NCBI GenBank assembly: GCA_963779755.1
Contig: CAVZZO010000001.1
Coordinates: forward strand, 1,248,001-1,312,000
Source: an uncultured Gemmatimonadales bacterium
GTDB taxonomy: Bacteria; Gemmatimonadota; Gemmatimonadetes; Gemmatimonadales; GWC2-71-9
Direction: 5' to 3'
Length of the DNA stretch: 64,000 nt
The translations under genes and the position numbers were made by a program. The stretch's first letter is position 1, and the number at the start of each line of letters is the position of its first letter. This document shows, piece after piece, positions 8,919 through 20,163 of the stretch. The notes under the pieces were generated by a model, which saw nothing but the letters and a program-made list of their open reading frames with translations, had not been told where the DNA came from and ran no database searches.

Positions 8919-9305
8919 ATGAACGACCTCCTGAAACAGCGCATTCTCCGCAAACTCGAAGCTCTGGGCGACGAGCGCGGTTACCAGATCCTGGACTATC
9001 TCGAATTCCTGGAGAGCAAGTACGCCGAGCGCTCCAGCCCGAGCAATATCTTCGCCCGTCTCACCGAAACGGTCGAAGACACCATGCGCGCCGGGAAGCT
9101 GCCCCTCCAGGCTATCAGCGGCACAATGACCATCATGGATTCGGCGGGAAAGCTCATGAAAGGGCTTACCGCCGCGGGCCGGGCGGTGGTGGAGGAGGCG
9201 GTGAAGGCGGCGGAGGGCGAGCGGCCGGGGCAGACGCTTGCGCCCCGGCCCCAGCCCCCCGGAGGCCCCTCCCCCCGGCCCGGCGCCACGGGAGACAAGG
9301 TCTAG
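8919..9305 (+). CDS. Small helical hypothetical protein (DUF2281-like N-terminus)
   Basis: MNDLLKQRILRKLEAL...ILDYLEFLESKY; coding-like codon usage. Confidence 0.65.
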   Translation: MNDLLKQRILRKLEALGDERGYQILDYLEFLESKYAERSSPSNIFARLTETVEDTMRAGKLPLQAISGTMTIMDSAGKLMKGLTAAGRAVVEEAVKAAEGERPGQTLAPRPQPPGGPSPRPGATGDKV

Positions 9306-9360
9306 CGGGGCCACCACTTGTCCCTTGTCCCGGGTGCCTGGTCCCTTTAGAGTTGTCTGA

Positions 9361-10914
<1,554 letters not shown>

Positions 10915-11020
10915 TCCCCGTTTCCGGTTGCCGGCCTCCGGGTGCCGTGCCGGGGGCCGGTACTCCGCGGGCCGGAGCGCCGCGGCCGGAGACTGACGAC
11001 CTCTTCTTCCGGAGACTCAC

Positions 11021-12607
11021 GTGTCCGAGAATCGCGAACGTTGGGGGTCCCGCGTCGGGTTGATTCTGGCCATGGCCGGCAACGCCGTCGGCCTGGGCAA
11101 CTTCCTGCGCTTTCCCCGCCAGGCGGTGGAGAACGGCGGCGGGACTTTCATGATCCCCTATTTCATTGCCTTCCTGCTGCTGGGCATCCCGCTCATGTGG
11201 GTGGAATGGGGCCTGGGGCGGCACGGGGGGCAGCACGGCGAGGGGAGCACGCCGGGGATGTTCGAGGCCCTGTGGAAGAACCCGGTGGCCAAGTATCTCG
11301 GCGTGCTGGGCATCTTCATGCCGCTGGTGGTGCTCATCTATTACTGCTACATCGAATCGTGGACGCTGGCCTGGACGTTTTTCTCGCTGAACGGTGCCAC
11401 CCGGGGGCTGGACGAGGCCGGCATGCGGACCTTCCTCTCCTCCTACCAGAACCTGGGCAACGGCACGGTCCACGGGTTCTGGGTGCCCTTCGTGTTCTTC
11501 GCCATCACCATCGTGGTGAACTTCGCCGTGGTGATCAAGGGCCTCTCGGGCGGCATCGAAAAGCTGGCCAAGATCGGCATGCCGATCCTCTTCGTGTTCG
11601 CCGCGCTGCTGGTGGTGCGGGTGCTGACGCTGGATCCGCACCCCGTCACCACCATCGTGAACGGCGTGGCGGTCACGAAGAACTTCTCGCCCTGGGACGG
11701 GCTCAACTTCATGTACACCCCGGACTGGTCCAAGCTGAACCAGCCCAAGGTCTGGCTGGCCGCCGCGGGGCAGATCTTTTTCACGCTGTCGGTGGGCATG
11801 GGGACGCTGCAGGCCTACGCTTCCTACCTGCGCAAGGATGATGACATCGCTCTCTCGGGGCTCGCCACCTGCGCCACCAACGAGACGGCCGAAGTCGTGC
11901 TGGGCGGCTCCCTGGCCATTCCGGCCGTGGTCACCTTCTTCGGCGTGACCGGCGCGATCGCGATTTCCAGGGCCGGCGGGTACGATCTTGGCTTTGTCGC
12001 CATGCCGCTGGTGTTCAACCAACTGCCGGGCGGCCAGCTGGTGCAGACGCTGGCGGGCGTGATGTGGTTCGGCCTGCTCTTCTTTGCCGGGATCACGTCG
12101 TCGGTGGCCATGGCCACGCCAACTCTTTCCTTCATGCAGGAACACTTCGGCTGGACCCGCCGGAAATCGGGGCTGGTGATCGGCGGGATCGTGGTGCTGC
12201 TGGGCCTCTGCCATATCATCTGGTACACCGGCGGCTTCCTCGATGAGTGGGATTACTGGGCCGGCACCTTCGGGCTGGTCATCCTCGCCCTGGTCGAGAC
12301 CATCATCTTCGTCTGGGTGTTCGGGCCGTCCAACGCCTGGCGGGAGCTGCACCAAGGCGCGTCCATGCGCATCCCCGGCATCTTCAAGTTCATCATGACC
12401 TGGGTGACGCCGGTCTTCCTCCTGGTCATGATGATCTGGTGGACGGTGCAGGATGCCATCCCCGTCCTGCTCATGGCGGGCAAGCCGGCGGCCGAGATGC
12501 CGGTCCGCTGGGCCTCGCGGGGCGTCATGCTCGGGATCATGCTGGTGCAACTCTGGCTCATTCGCGCGGCCTGGCAACGGCGCCGCGCGGCGGGAGGTGC
12601 TTCATGA
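11021..12607 (+). CDS. Sodium-dependent transporter, NSS/SNF (LeuT-like) family
   Basis: RE.WGSR.GLILAMAGNAVGLGNFLRFP, QIFFTLS, FFAGITSS. Confidence 0.95.
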   Translation: MSENRERWGSRVGLILAMAGNAVGLGNFLRFPRQAVENGGGTFMIPYFIAFLLLGIPLMWVEWGLGRHGGQHGEGSTPGMFEALWKNPVAKYLGVLGIFMPLVVLIYYCYIESWTLAWTFFSLNGATRGLDEAGMRTFLSSYQNLGNGTVHGFWVPFVFFAITIVVNFAVVIKGLSGGIEKLAKIGMPILFVFAALLVVRVLTLDPHPVTTIVNGVAVTKNFSPWDGLNFMYTPDWSKLNQPKVWLAAAGQIFFTLSVGMGTLQAYASYLRKDDDIALSGLATCATNETAEVVLGGSLAIPAVVTFFGVTGAIAISRAGGYDLGFVAMPLVFNQLPGGQLVQTLAGVMWFGLLFFAGITSSVAMATPTLSFMQEHFGWTRRKSGLVIGGIVVLLGLCHIIWYTGGFLDEWDYWAGTFGLVILALVETIIFVWVFGPSNAWRELHQGASMRIPGIFKFIMTWVTPVFLLVMMIWWTVQDAIPVLLMAGKPAAEMPVRWASRGVMLGIMLVQLWLIRAAWQRRRAAGGAS

Positions 12608-12738
12608 ATACCGGCGCGCTGATCTTCATGCTGGTGACCTGGACGGTCGTGCTCAGCCTGCTGGGCTGGTCGTTCTACCGTCTGATGAAAACCGATCCCA
12701 GCAAGGAAGCGGCACCGCCGCCGGGCACGAGTCTCTGA
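12604..12738 (+). CDS. 44-aa single-TM protein, probable MetS-like small subunit of the NSS transporter
   Basis: ATGA overlap with transporter stop, GGAGG RBS, MNTGALIFMLVTWTVVLSLLGWSFYRLMK. Confidence 0.7.
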   Translation: MNTGALIFMLVTWTVVLSLLGWSFYRLMKTDPSKEAAPPPGTSL

Positions 12739-12747
12739 GTTCCGCCG

Positions 12748-12835
12748 GACCTCGACTCTCTCGACCCTCTCGACTCCCCCGACCTCTTCAGACCGGTCGA
12801 GAGAGGTCGAGGGGGTCGGGATGGTCGAGGTCGAG
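12748..12835. repeat. Inverted tandem 9-mer element (CTCGACYCT)n...(GGTCGAGRG)n
   Basis: About 4 left units and 4-5 complementary right units. Confidence 0.85.
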
Positions 12836-12861
12836 CCTGACCCACTCCACGAGGGGACCCC

Positions 12862-14361
12862 ATGCACCTGTTCCGGCGCAAGAGCATCAGCGGCCTGCAG
12901 GCGGAGGCGGCGAGCACCAGCGAGCTGAAACGGGCGCTCAACGCCTTGAATCTCACCACCCTGGGCATCGGGGCAATTATCGGCGCCGGCATCTTCGTGC
13001 TGACGGGCCAGGCGGCGGCGCAGTACGCCGGGCCCGCGATCGTCTTCTCGTTCATCCTGGCCGGTCTGGCCTGCACCTTCGCGGGCCTCTGCTACGCCGA
13101 GTTCGCCGCCATGATTCCCATCGCGGGCTCGGCCTACACCTACGGCTACGCGACCCTGGGTGAGCTCATCGCCTGGATCATCGGCTGGGATCTCATTCTG
13201 GAGTACCTGTTCGCCGCTTCTACGGTGGCGGTGGGCTGGTCCGGCTACGTGGTGTCCCTGCTCAACGACATGGGCATCCACATTCCGCCGGCCTTCACCA
13301 GCGCCCCCTTCGTGCACCACGCCCCGGCCGATGCCGGGCTCAATGTCTGGCGCCTCTTCACCGAGGGGTGGACCCGGACTGGGGCCGTGGTCAATCTCCC
13401 AGCCATGGTGATCGTCGTGCTGGTGACGATCCTGCTGGTGGTCGGCATTCGCGAGTCGGCCAACCTCAACAACATCATCGTGTTCGTAAAGCTGGCGGTG
13501 ATCCTGGCATTCATCGCCGCCGGCGTTACCTACATCAATCACGCCAACTGGACCCCGTTCGTGCCGCCGGAGCAGAGCCCCGGCCATTTCGGCTGGAGCG
13601 GCATCGTCCGCGGGGCGGGGGTGATCTTCTTCGCCTACATCGGGTTCGACGCTGTCAGTACGGCGGCGCAGGAGACGCGAAACCCCCAACGCGACATGCC
13701 GATCGGCATCCTCGCGTCGCTCGCGATCTGCACCGTGCTCTACATCGCGGTATCGCTGGTCCTCACCGGCATCGTGCACTACACCAAACTCAACGTTCCC
13801 GATCCGATTGCGGTCGGCATCAACGCGCTGGGGCCCAGCCTCGCCTGGTTGCGGCCCATCGTGAAGATCGGCGCCATCGCCGGCCTCTCCTCGGTGATCC
13901 TGGTGATGCTGCTGGGGCAGCCGCGCATCTTCTACACCATGGCCAAGGACGGCCTGCTGCCGCCCGTCTTCAGCCGGGTCCACCCGCGGTTCAAGACTCC
14001 CTGGGTCGCCAGCGTGCTGACCGGCCTCTTCGCCATGGCCTTCGGTGGCCTGCTGCCGATCGGTCTCCTGGGCGAGCTGGTGTCGATCGGGACCCTGCTG
14101 GCCTTCCTGATCGTCTGCGCCGGCGTCCTGGTGCTGCGTTACACCGATCCCGGCCGCGAACGGCCCTTCCGGACCCCGCTGGTGCCCCTGGTTCCCGTCC
14201 TCGGCATCCTGGCCTGCGGGTATCTGATGTTCGGCCTGCCGGTGGATACCTGGGCGCGGCTCGTGGTCTGGATGGTCATCGGCCTGGCGATCTACGCATT
14301 CTACGGATACCGGCATTCCCGGCTGGCGCGCCAGCGGTCCGGAGACGAATCTCCCGCCTGA
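12862..14361 (+). CDS. Amino acid permease (APC, cationic amino acid transporter-like)
   Basis: GAIIGAGIF, CYAEFA, GSAY.Y, FFAYIGFD, QPRIF..MA.DGLLP. Confidence 0.95.
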   Translation: MHLFRRKSISGLQAEAASTSELKRALNALNLTTLGIGAIIGAGIFVLTGQAAAQYAGPAIVFSFILAGLACTFAGLCYAEFAAMIPIAGSAYTYGYATLGELIAWIIGWDLILEYLFAASTVAVGWSGYVVSLLNDMGIHIPPAFTSAPFVHHAPADAGLNVWRLFTEGWTRTGAVVNLPAMVIVVLVTILLVVGIRESANLNNIIVFVKLAVILAFIAAGVTYINHANWTPFVPPEQSPGHFGWSGIVRGAGVIFFAYIGFDAVSTAAQETRNPQRDMPIGILASLAICTVLYIAVSLVLTGIVHYTKLNVPDPIAVGINALGPSLAWLRPIVKIGAIAGLSSVILVMLLGQPRIFYTMAKDGLLPPVFSRVHPRFKTPWVASVLTGLFAMAFGGLLPIGLLGELVSIGTLLAFLIVCAGVLVLRYTDPGRERPFRTPLVPLVPVLGILACGYLMFGLPVDTWARLVVWMVIGLAIYAFYGYRHSRLARQRSGDESPA

Positions 14362-14399
14362 CAGTTGGGCCCGCCCGCGGGCCGGTGTAATTTGCGGCC

Positions 14400-15446
14400 A
14401 TGAGCACGACGTTGTCTCCCGAAAAGGCCGCCGCCGGACGGCGGTTCGCGGCGGCGCTGCACCCCGGCATGCGGGTGTGCCTCACCACCCACGTGAATCC
14501 CGATGGCGACGGCCTCGGCAGCGAGGCCGGGCTGGCTCACCTGCTCCAGAATCACGGGCTCGCCGTCTCGATTACCAACCCCACCCCGACCCCGCCCCGG
14601 TTCCGGTTTCTGTTCAGCGACCTGCCCGGCGTGGACCGGACCGATCGCGCCGTCAAGGAAATCCGCCAGGCCGACCTGATCATCGTCCTGGACATCGGCG
14701 AGCTGGGCCGGCTGGGCAGTCTGGGGGCGGCGGTGCGCGAGCGCGGCGTCCCGGTGGGTTGCATCGACCACCACGTGAGCCGGGGAGAGTTGCCCGACGG
14801 CCCCCGCTATGTGGATACCGCCGCGTCGGCCACCGGCGAGCTGGTCTACGAATTCGCCCTGGCCAACGGCTGGCATCTGGACCAGCCCATCGCCCGGGCA
14901 CTGTACGTCGCCATTCTCACCGATACCGGCGGCTTCCGCTTCAGCAATACCTACCCCCATACCCTGCGGACCGCGGCCGCGCTGCTGGAAAACGGCCTCG
15001 ATCCGGAAGCGATCTACCTGGACGTCTACGCCAACGCCCCCGAGGGGCGAGCCCGGCTGCTGGCGGAATCGCTGCAGACCCTGGTGGTCGAGCCGGACCA
15101 CGGGATTGCCTGGGTCACCGTGCCGCCCGGCGCGCTGGAGCGGCATTCGGTTACTGCCGACGACCTGGACGGGGTCATCGAATACGCCCGCTCCATCGCC
15201 GGCGTCCGCATGGCGCTGCTGTTCCGCGAGCTGGCCAACGGCCGGACCAAGATTTCGCTCCGTTCCGTCGGGGATGTCGATGTGGCCGCGTTCGCGCAGC
15301 CCTTCGGGGGCGGCGGCCACCGCAAGGCCGCGGGCATCTCGGTGGACGGATCGCTGGCCGAAGCGCAGCTCCGCGTGCTGGCCGCCGCGCGGGCATATCT
15401 GGCCAACGGGGCGGGGCGGAAGCCCGAGGAAAGAGAAAAGGACTGA
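14400..15446 (+). CDS. nrnA: DHH-family phosphoesterase (bifunctional oligoribonuclease/PAP phosphatase NrnA)
   Basis: H.NPDGD..GS, IDHH, DTG.F, SLRS, GGGGH..AAG. Confidence 0.9.
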   Translation: MSTTLSPEKAAAGRRFAAALHPGMRVCLTTHVNPDGDGLGSEAGLAHLLQNHGLAVSITNPTPTPPRFRFLFSDLPGVDRTDRAVKEIRQADLIIVLDIGELGRLGSLGAAVRERGVPVGCIDHHVSRGELPDGPRYVDTAASATGELVYEFALANGWHLDQPIARALYVAILTDTGGFRFSNTYPHTLRTAAALLENGLDPEAIYLDVYANAPEGRARLLAESLQTLVVEPDHGIAWVTVPPGALERHSVTADDLDGVIEYARSIAGVRMALLFRELANGRTKISLRSVGDVDVAAFAQPFGGGGHRKAAGISVDGSLAEAQLRVLAAARAYLANGAGRKPEEREKD

Positions 15447-15466
15447 GGACTGAGGACTGAGGACTC
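15439..15466. repeat. Tandem heptamer (AGGACTG)x3 plus AGGACTC
   Basis: Read directly; nrnA stop TGA lies within the array. Confidence 0.85.
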
Positions 15467-15599
15467 AGCGAGCCCGAAGCCGGTGCCTCCCGCAGCGCGC
15501 GCCGGTGCCATCGGAAAATGAACGGAGCTTTCTCCGGGACCGCACTCCAGCGCGCGGAGGGAGGTTCGACGAGGGCGAGCGATAAAAGGACTGAACCGA

Positions 15600-16703
15600 A
15601 TGACCGACACACTGCAATCCCGTATCGCCGCCGCGCTCATGCGGGTCACCCATCCGGGCCTGGAGAACGACCTCCTCTCCGCCGGCATGGTACGGGACCT
15701 CGAGGCGAGGAACGACGGCCGGGTGACCTTCACCTTTCTGCTGGGCAAGGACGATCCGGCCGTGCTGGTCCGGAAGGCCCGGCTGGCCGTCCGGGAGGTC
15801 GATGGCGTCACCGAGGTCAAGATCAACGTGAAAGACCCGGCCGCCGGCACCGCCCGGCCGGCGCCGGGCCAGACCCAGGGCGCCGCGGGCATGGTGCCCC
15901 CGCCGCCGACCCCGCAGGATTTTCCCAACCTGGGCCGGATCATCGCCGTCTCTTCCGGCAAGGGCGGGGTGGGGAAGTCCACCGTGGCCGCCAACCTGGC
16001 GGTGGCGCTGGCCCAGGCCGGGCAGCGCGTGGGCCTCATGGATGCCGACATCTACGGGCCCAATATTCCCCGCATGTTCGGCGTGTTCGAGAAGCCTCCG
16101 GTGATGGGAGGCAAGATCCAGCCGCTCTCCGCCTGGGGCGTCAAGCTGATGTCGCTGGGCTTTCTGATCGACCGCGACGCGCCCGCCATCTGGCGCGGCC
16201 CTATCATCATGAAGATCGTCCACCAGTTCCTGCGGGACGTCGAGTGGGGCGAGCTGGACTGGTTCCTGGTCGACCTGCCGCCGGGGACCGGCGACGCTCA
16301 GCTTTCGCTGGTGCAGGCCTGCAAGGTGGCCGGCGCGATCATCGTAACCACGCCGCAGGAGGTCGCCGTGGGCGACGCGCTGCGCGGGGCGCGCATGTTC
16401 GAGAAGGTAAACGTCCCCGTGCTGGGGGTGGTGGAGAACATGAGCGGGTTCATCTGCCCGCACTGCGGCGAACGGCACGAGCTCTTCGGCACCGGCGGCG
16501 GCCAGCGGCTGGCCGACGAAGTAAACGTCCCCCTGCTGGGGCGGATTCCCCTGCAGGCCGGCGTCGCGGACGAGGCCGACGTGGGCAAGCCTGTCCTGGT
16601 GGCTCAGCCCGACAGCCCGGCGGCAGGCGCGCTGCGTGAGCTGGCCGAAACGCTGCGGCGCAGCGCCGGACGGAAGGTGTCGCTGCCGATCGTGACCGGC
16701 TGA
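15600..16703 (+). CDS. mrp: Mrp/NBP35 Fe-S cluster carrier ATPase
   Basis: SGKGGVGKST, DADIYGP, WRGP, DLPPGTGD, ENMS.F.CPHC. Confidence 0.95.
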   Translation: MTDTLQSRIAAALMRVTHPGLENDLLSAGMVRDLEARNDGRVTFTFLLGKDDPAVLVRKARLAVREVDGVTEVKINVKDPAAGTARPAPGQTQGAAGMVPPPPTPQDFPNLGRIIAVSSGKGGVGKSTVAANLAVALAQAGQRVGLMDADIYGPNIPRMFGVFEKPPVMGGKIQPLSAWGVKLMSLGFLIDRDAPAIWRGPIIMKIVHQFLRDVEWGELDWFLVDLPPGTGDAQLSLVQACKVAGAIIVTTPQEVAVGDALRGARMFEKVNVPVLGVVENMSGFICPHCGERHELFGTGGGQRLADEVNVPLLGRIPLQAGVADEADVGKPVLVAQPDSPAAGALRELAETLRRSAGRKVSLPIVTG

Positions 16704-16728
16704 AGTCCGCACGTCGAAGGTCCCGGCA

Positions 16729-16798
16729 CCTCGACCCTCTCGACTGTTTCGACCCCCTCGACCTCACTGAATGGTCGAGAAGGTCGAGGAGGTCGAGG
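16729..16798. repeat. Inverted tandem 9-mer element (CTCGAC family)
   Basis: cctcgaccctctcgactgtttcgaccccctcgacc...ggtcgagaaggtcgaggaggtcgagg. Confidence 0.85.
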
Positions 16799-16826
16799 CA
16801 GGCACCCATCTTATCGACCGGATCCC

Positions 16827-17822
16827 ATGCCACGTACTGAGTTCATCAGCACCGGCTTTCACGTCCCCGAGCGGGTCGTGACCAACGAGCAGCTGACACA
16901 GTGGTGGGATACCTCGGACCAGTGGATCCGGGAGCGCAGCGGTATCGAGGAGCGCCACTGGGCCGCGGCCGGCGAGGCGGGCTCCGACCTGGCGCTGGTG
17001 GCGGCGCGGAAGGCCCTGGATGCCGCCGGCCTCGCCCCCTCCGACCTCGACTGCATCGTCTACGCCACGCTCAGCCCGGATTACTTCTTTCCCGGCGGCG
17101 GCGTCTTCCTGCAGCGCAAGCTGGGCATTCCGGGCGTGCCCGCCCTGGATATCCGCAACCAGTGCACCGGCTTTCTCTACGGCCTCTCGGTGGCCGACGC
17201 CTGGATCCGCTCGGGCCAGTACCGCCGGATTCTGCTGGTCGGCGCCGAGGTACACTCCACCGGACTCGATTTCGGGCCCGCGGGGCGCGATATCGGCGTG
17301 CTCTTCGGCGACGGGGCCGGAGCGGTGATTCTGGGGCCCACGGACGACGCTGCCCGCGGAGTACTCTCCACGCATCTGTACGCGGACGGGCGCTTTGCCG
17401 AGCAGCTCTGGTGCGAGACCGGCGCCAGCGCCAACAACCCGCGGATCAGCCATGACGATCTCGACGCCGGCAAACAGTATCCCCACATGCAGGGGCGGGA
17501 AGTCTTCAAGCACGCCACCACCCGGATGCCGGAAAGCGTGCGGGAAGCGCTCGGGGCCAACGGCCTCGAGGTGAAAGACGTGAATCTGCTCATCGCCCAC
17601 CAGGCCAACCTGCGGATCAACGAGATGGTCCAGCGCCACCTCGGCCTGCGCGACGACCAGGTGTACAACAATATCCAGCGATTCGGGAACACCACCGCCG
17701 CCACCATTCCCATCGCCGTCGACGAATGCGTGCAGGGCGGCCGGCTGCAGCGCGGCGACGTGCTGGTCCTCACCGGCTTCGGCAGCGGCTTCACCTGGGG
17801 GAGCGCGGTTATCCGCTGGTGA
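16827..17822 (+). CDS. fabH: 3-oxoacyl-ACP synthase III
   Basis: QCTGF catalytic Cys, FGDGAGA, HQAN, GNT, GFGSGFTWG. Confidence 0.93.
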   Translation: MPRTEFISTGFHVPERVVTNEQLTQWWDTSDQWIRERSGIEERHWAAAGEAGSDLALVAARKALDAAGLAPSDLDCIVYATLSPDYFFPGGGVFLQRKLGIPGVPALDIRNQCTGFLYGLSVADAWIRSGQYRRILLVGAEVHSTGLDFGPAGRDIGVLFGDGAGAVILGPTDDAARGVLSTHLYADGRFAEQLWCETGASANNPRISHDDLDAGKQYPHMQGREVFKHATTRMPESVREALGANGLEVKDVNLLIAHQANLRINEMVQRHLGLRDDQVYNNIQRFGNTTAATIPIAVDECVQGGRLQRGDVLVLTGFGSGFTWGSAVIRW

Positions 17823-17832
17823 GCGGCCCAGG

Positions 17833-19218
17833 TTGAGCCATCCCGGACTGCAGTCGGAGGCGGTCGATGCCGGCCCGCTCGCCGCGCTCGAGGGCGGGCC
17901 CGCGGGCTCCCTCCTTGCCGGACCCCTGCGCCCCGCCCTGATCCGCCTCGCCCTGCCGGCGGTGGGGACCACGCTGCTCCAGATCCTCTTCAATGTGGTG
18001 GACACGTTCTGGGTCGGCCGCACCCTGGGTGCCGCCGCCCTGGCCGGGGTCTCCACCGCCAGCTATGCCCTCTGGCTCACCGTGTCGCTGGGGGAGCTGG
18101 TCAGCGCCGGGCTGACCGCGTCCGCCTCCCGCCGACACGGCGAACGCAATCCCCGTGCGGCCGCGCGAGCCGCCGGTACCGCGCTGTGGCTGGCCGCGCT
18201 GCTGGGCGCCCTGGTGGCGCTGGCCGGTCTCTCCGGCTCGGCGGCGCTCTTCCGCGCCATGGGCACGTCGGCCGACGTGGCGCGGCTGGGCCGGTCGTTT
18301 CTGGATGTACAGCTGGCCGGAGCGGCGCTCATCTACGGCTATTTCGTGGTGGACGCCTCCTTCCGGGCGGCCGGCGATACCCGGACCCCGTTTCTGCTGC
18401 TGGCCGCCAGCGTGGCGCTCAACCTGGTACTCGATCCGATGATGATCCTGGGCTGGGGGCCGTTCCCCGCCCTGGGCGTTCACGGGGCGGCGCTGGCCAC
18501 TATCCTCACCCGCGGCGGCGCCCTGGTGGCGGGCCTCTGGCTGCTCCGCCGCCGGGGCGGCCTGCGCATCGCCTTCGAGCCGGGTACCGCCCGCAGCATG
18601 CTGCGCATCGGACTTCCCACCATGCTGGCCGGCGTGCTCTTCAGCGTGATCTACATGGTACTGGTCCGGGTGCTGCGGCCCTTCGGTACGCCGGCCCTGG
18701 CCGCCCTGGGCATCGGGCACAAGGTCGAGGGAGTGAGCTATATGGCGCTGGTGGGGATCGGGCTCGCCGCCGAGACGGTGGTGGGGCAGAACCTCGGTGC
18801 CGGGCAACCGGAACGGGCGCGCGCCGGCGGCTGGATCGCGACCGGACTGGGCGCCCTGGTGGGCCTGGCGGTGACGATCCCCTTCGTGCTGGCGCCCGGC
18901 CTCCTGGCCCGGATTTTCACGCATGACACGGCCGTGGTTCAGGCCGCGGCGGGTTACATCCGCGCGGTGGGCACCGTGCAGATCGTCATGGCCTTCGAGG
19001 TCGTGCTGGAGGCCGCCATGAGCGGGGCCGGGTACACGTTCTACCCCATGATCTGGATCGTCACCCTGAGCGGCCTGCGGATCCCGGCCGCGATATGGGC
19101 CGCGCCGCGCTACGGCCTCCGCGGGGTCTGGTGGGTGCTGGCGATTACCATGCTCCTGCGCGGGATCGCGCTGACGGTGCTGTGGGCCCGGGGGCGCTGG
19201 TCGAGAGCCCGAGCCTGA
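17833..19218 (+). CDS. MATE family efflux transporter
   Basis: LALP, D...VG, GDTRTP, LN..LD, GAALAT, GQNLGAG. Confidence 0.93.
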   Translation: MSHPGLQSEAVDAGPLAALEGGPAGSLLAGPLRPALIRLALPAVGTTLLQILFNVVDTFWVGRTLGAAALAGVSTASYALWLTVSLGELVSAGLTASASRRHGERNPRAAARAAGTALWLAALLGALVALAGLSGSAALFRAMGTSADVARLGRSFLDVQLAGAALIYGYFVVDASFRAAGDTRTPFLLLAASVALNLVLDPMMILGWGPFPALGVHGAALATILTRGGALVAGLWLLRRRGGLRIAFEPGTARSMLRIGLPTMLAGVLFSVIYMVLVRVLRPFGTPALAALGIGHKVEGVSYMALVGIGLAAETVVGQNLGAGQPERARAGGWIATGLGALVGLAVTIPFVLAPGLLARIFTHDTAVVQAAAGYIRAVGTVQIVMAFEVVLEAAMSGAGYTFYPMIWIVTLSGLRIPAAIWAAPRYGLRGVWWVLAITMLLRGIALTVLWARGRWSRARA

Positions 19219-19230
19219 GGACCTGAGTCC

Positions 19231-19296
19231 TCTCTCGACCACCTTGACCCCCTCGACCTCCTTGACCGCCAGTGGCAGGTCGAGAGGGTCGAGGGG
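19231..19296. repeat. Inverted tandem 9-mer element (CTCGAC family)
   Basis: ctcgaccaccttgaccccctcgacctccttgacc...ggtcgagagggtcgagg. Confidence 0.8.
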
Positions 19297-19319
19297 CACC
19301 CTGCGCTATCTTTGGCTCC

Positions 19320-20078
19320 ATGCGCATCATCACCTTTCTCTCCGACTTCGGCCTGGCCGACAGCTACGTGGGCGAGGTCAAGGGCGTGCTGGCCAGCCTG
19401 GCGCCGGGCGCCATGCTGGTGGATATCGCGCACCAGATCCCTCCCGGTGACATCCGCGCTGCGTCGCACATTCTGAGCCGGGTCTGGCATCGCTATCCGG
19501 CGGGCACGGTGCACCTGGTGGTGGTCGATCCGGGCGTGGGCACGACCCGTCCCGCGCTGGCCTGCGGCCACGGCGGATCGTGGTTCGTGGCGCCGGACAA
19601 TGGCGTGCTCACCCCGGTGCTGGAGGCGGGAGCGACGGAGGTCGTTGCCATCCCGGTCTCCGATGGGGCGGCTCCGACGTTTCACGGCCGCGATGTCTTT
19701 GCCCCCGCCGCGGCGCGGCTCGCGGCCGGCGATCCGCTCAGCGCGCTGGGTGCGCCCCTGCCGGAGGCGCCCCGGCGACTGGCGGCCCCGGCGCCGCGCT
19801 ACGAAGGGAAGACCGTGGTGGGCGAGATCGTCTATCAGGACCGGTTCGGCAATCTGGTGACCAATCTTACGCCGGAGCACGTGCCGTCCTACGCGGTGCT
19901 GGAGATCGAAGATACGACCGTCGGCCCCCTGCGGCGCACCTTCAGCGAGGTGTCCGCCGGCGAGCTCCTGGCGTACCTGGGCTCTGGTGGGACGGTCGAG
20001 GTTGCCGTGCGCGACGGCTCGGCGGCGAGGCGGCTGGGGATCGGGGTGGGGGGGAGGATCAGGGCGCGGTTGGGATAG
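19320..20078 (+). CDS. SAM hydroxide adenosyltransferase (DUF62, fluorinase/chlorinase superfamily)
   Basis: IITFLSDFG..D.YVG..KG, VVDPGVG, PDNG, TFHGRDVF, D.FGN. Confidence 0.92.
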   Translation: MRIITFLSDFGLADSYVGEVKGVLASLAPGAMLVDIAHQIPPGDIRAASHILSRVWHRYPAGTVHLVVVDPGVGTTRPALACGHGGSWFVAPDNGVLTPVLEAGATEVVAIPVSDGAAPTFHGRDVFAPAAARLAAGDPLSALGAPLPEAPRRLAAPAPRYEGKTVVGEIVYQDRFGNLVTNLTPEHVPSYAVLEIEDTTVGPLRRTFSEVSAGELLAYLGSGGTVEVAVRDGSAARRLGIGVGGRIRARLG

Positions 20079-20163
20079 GAGGTACCCGGCTGACGGGTGA
20101 CATGCGCGGCCGGGTGGCGCGAAGCAGCAGGTCGGATCGCGGGAGCCGGGTCTCCGGCCCGGC

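Noticed and set aside
19320..20078. Fluorinase/chlorinase
   Set aside because: TFHGRD His-containing motif fits the common DUF62 SAM hydrolase; no halometabolite cluster.
16827..20078. fabH-MATE-DUF62 as a secondary metabolite cluster
   Set aside because: No ACP, PKS or tailoring genes; DUF62 has its own promoter-like -10.
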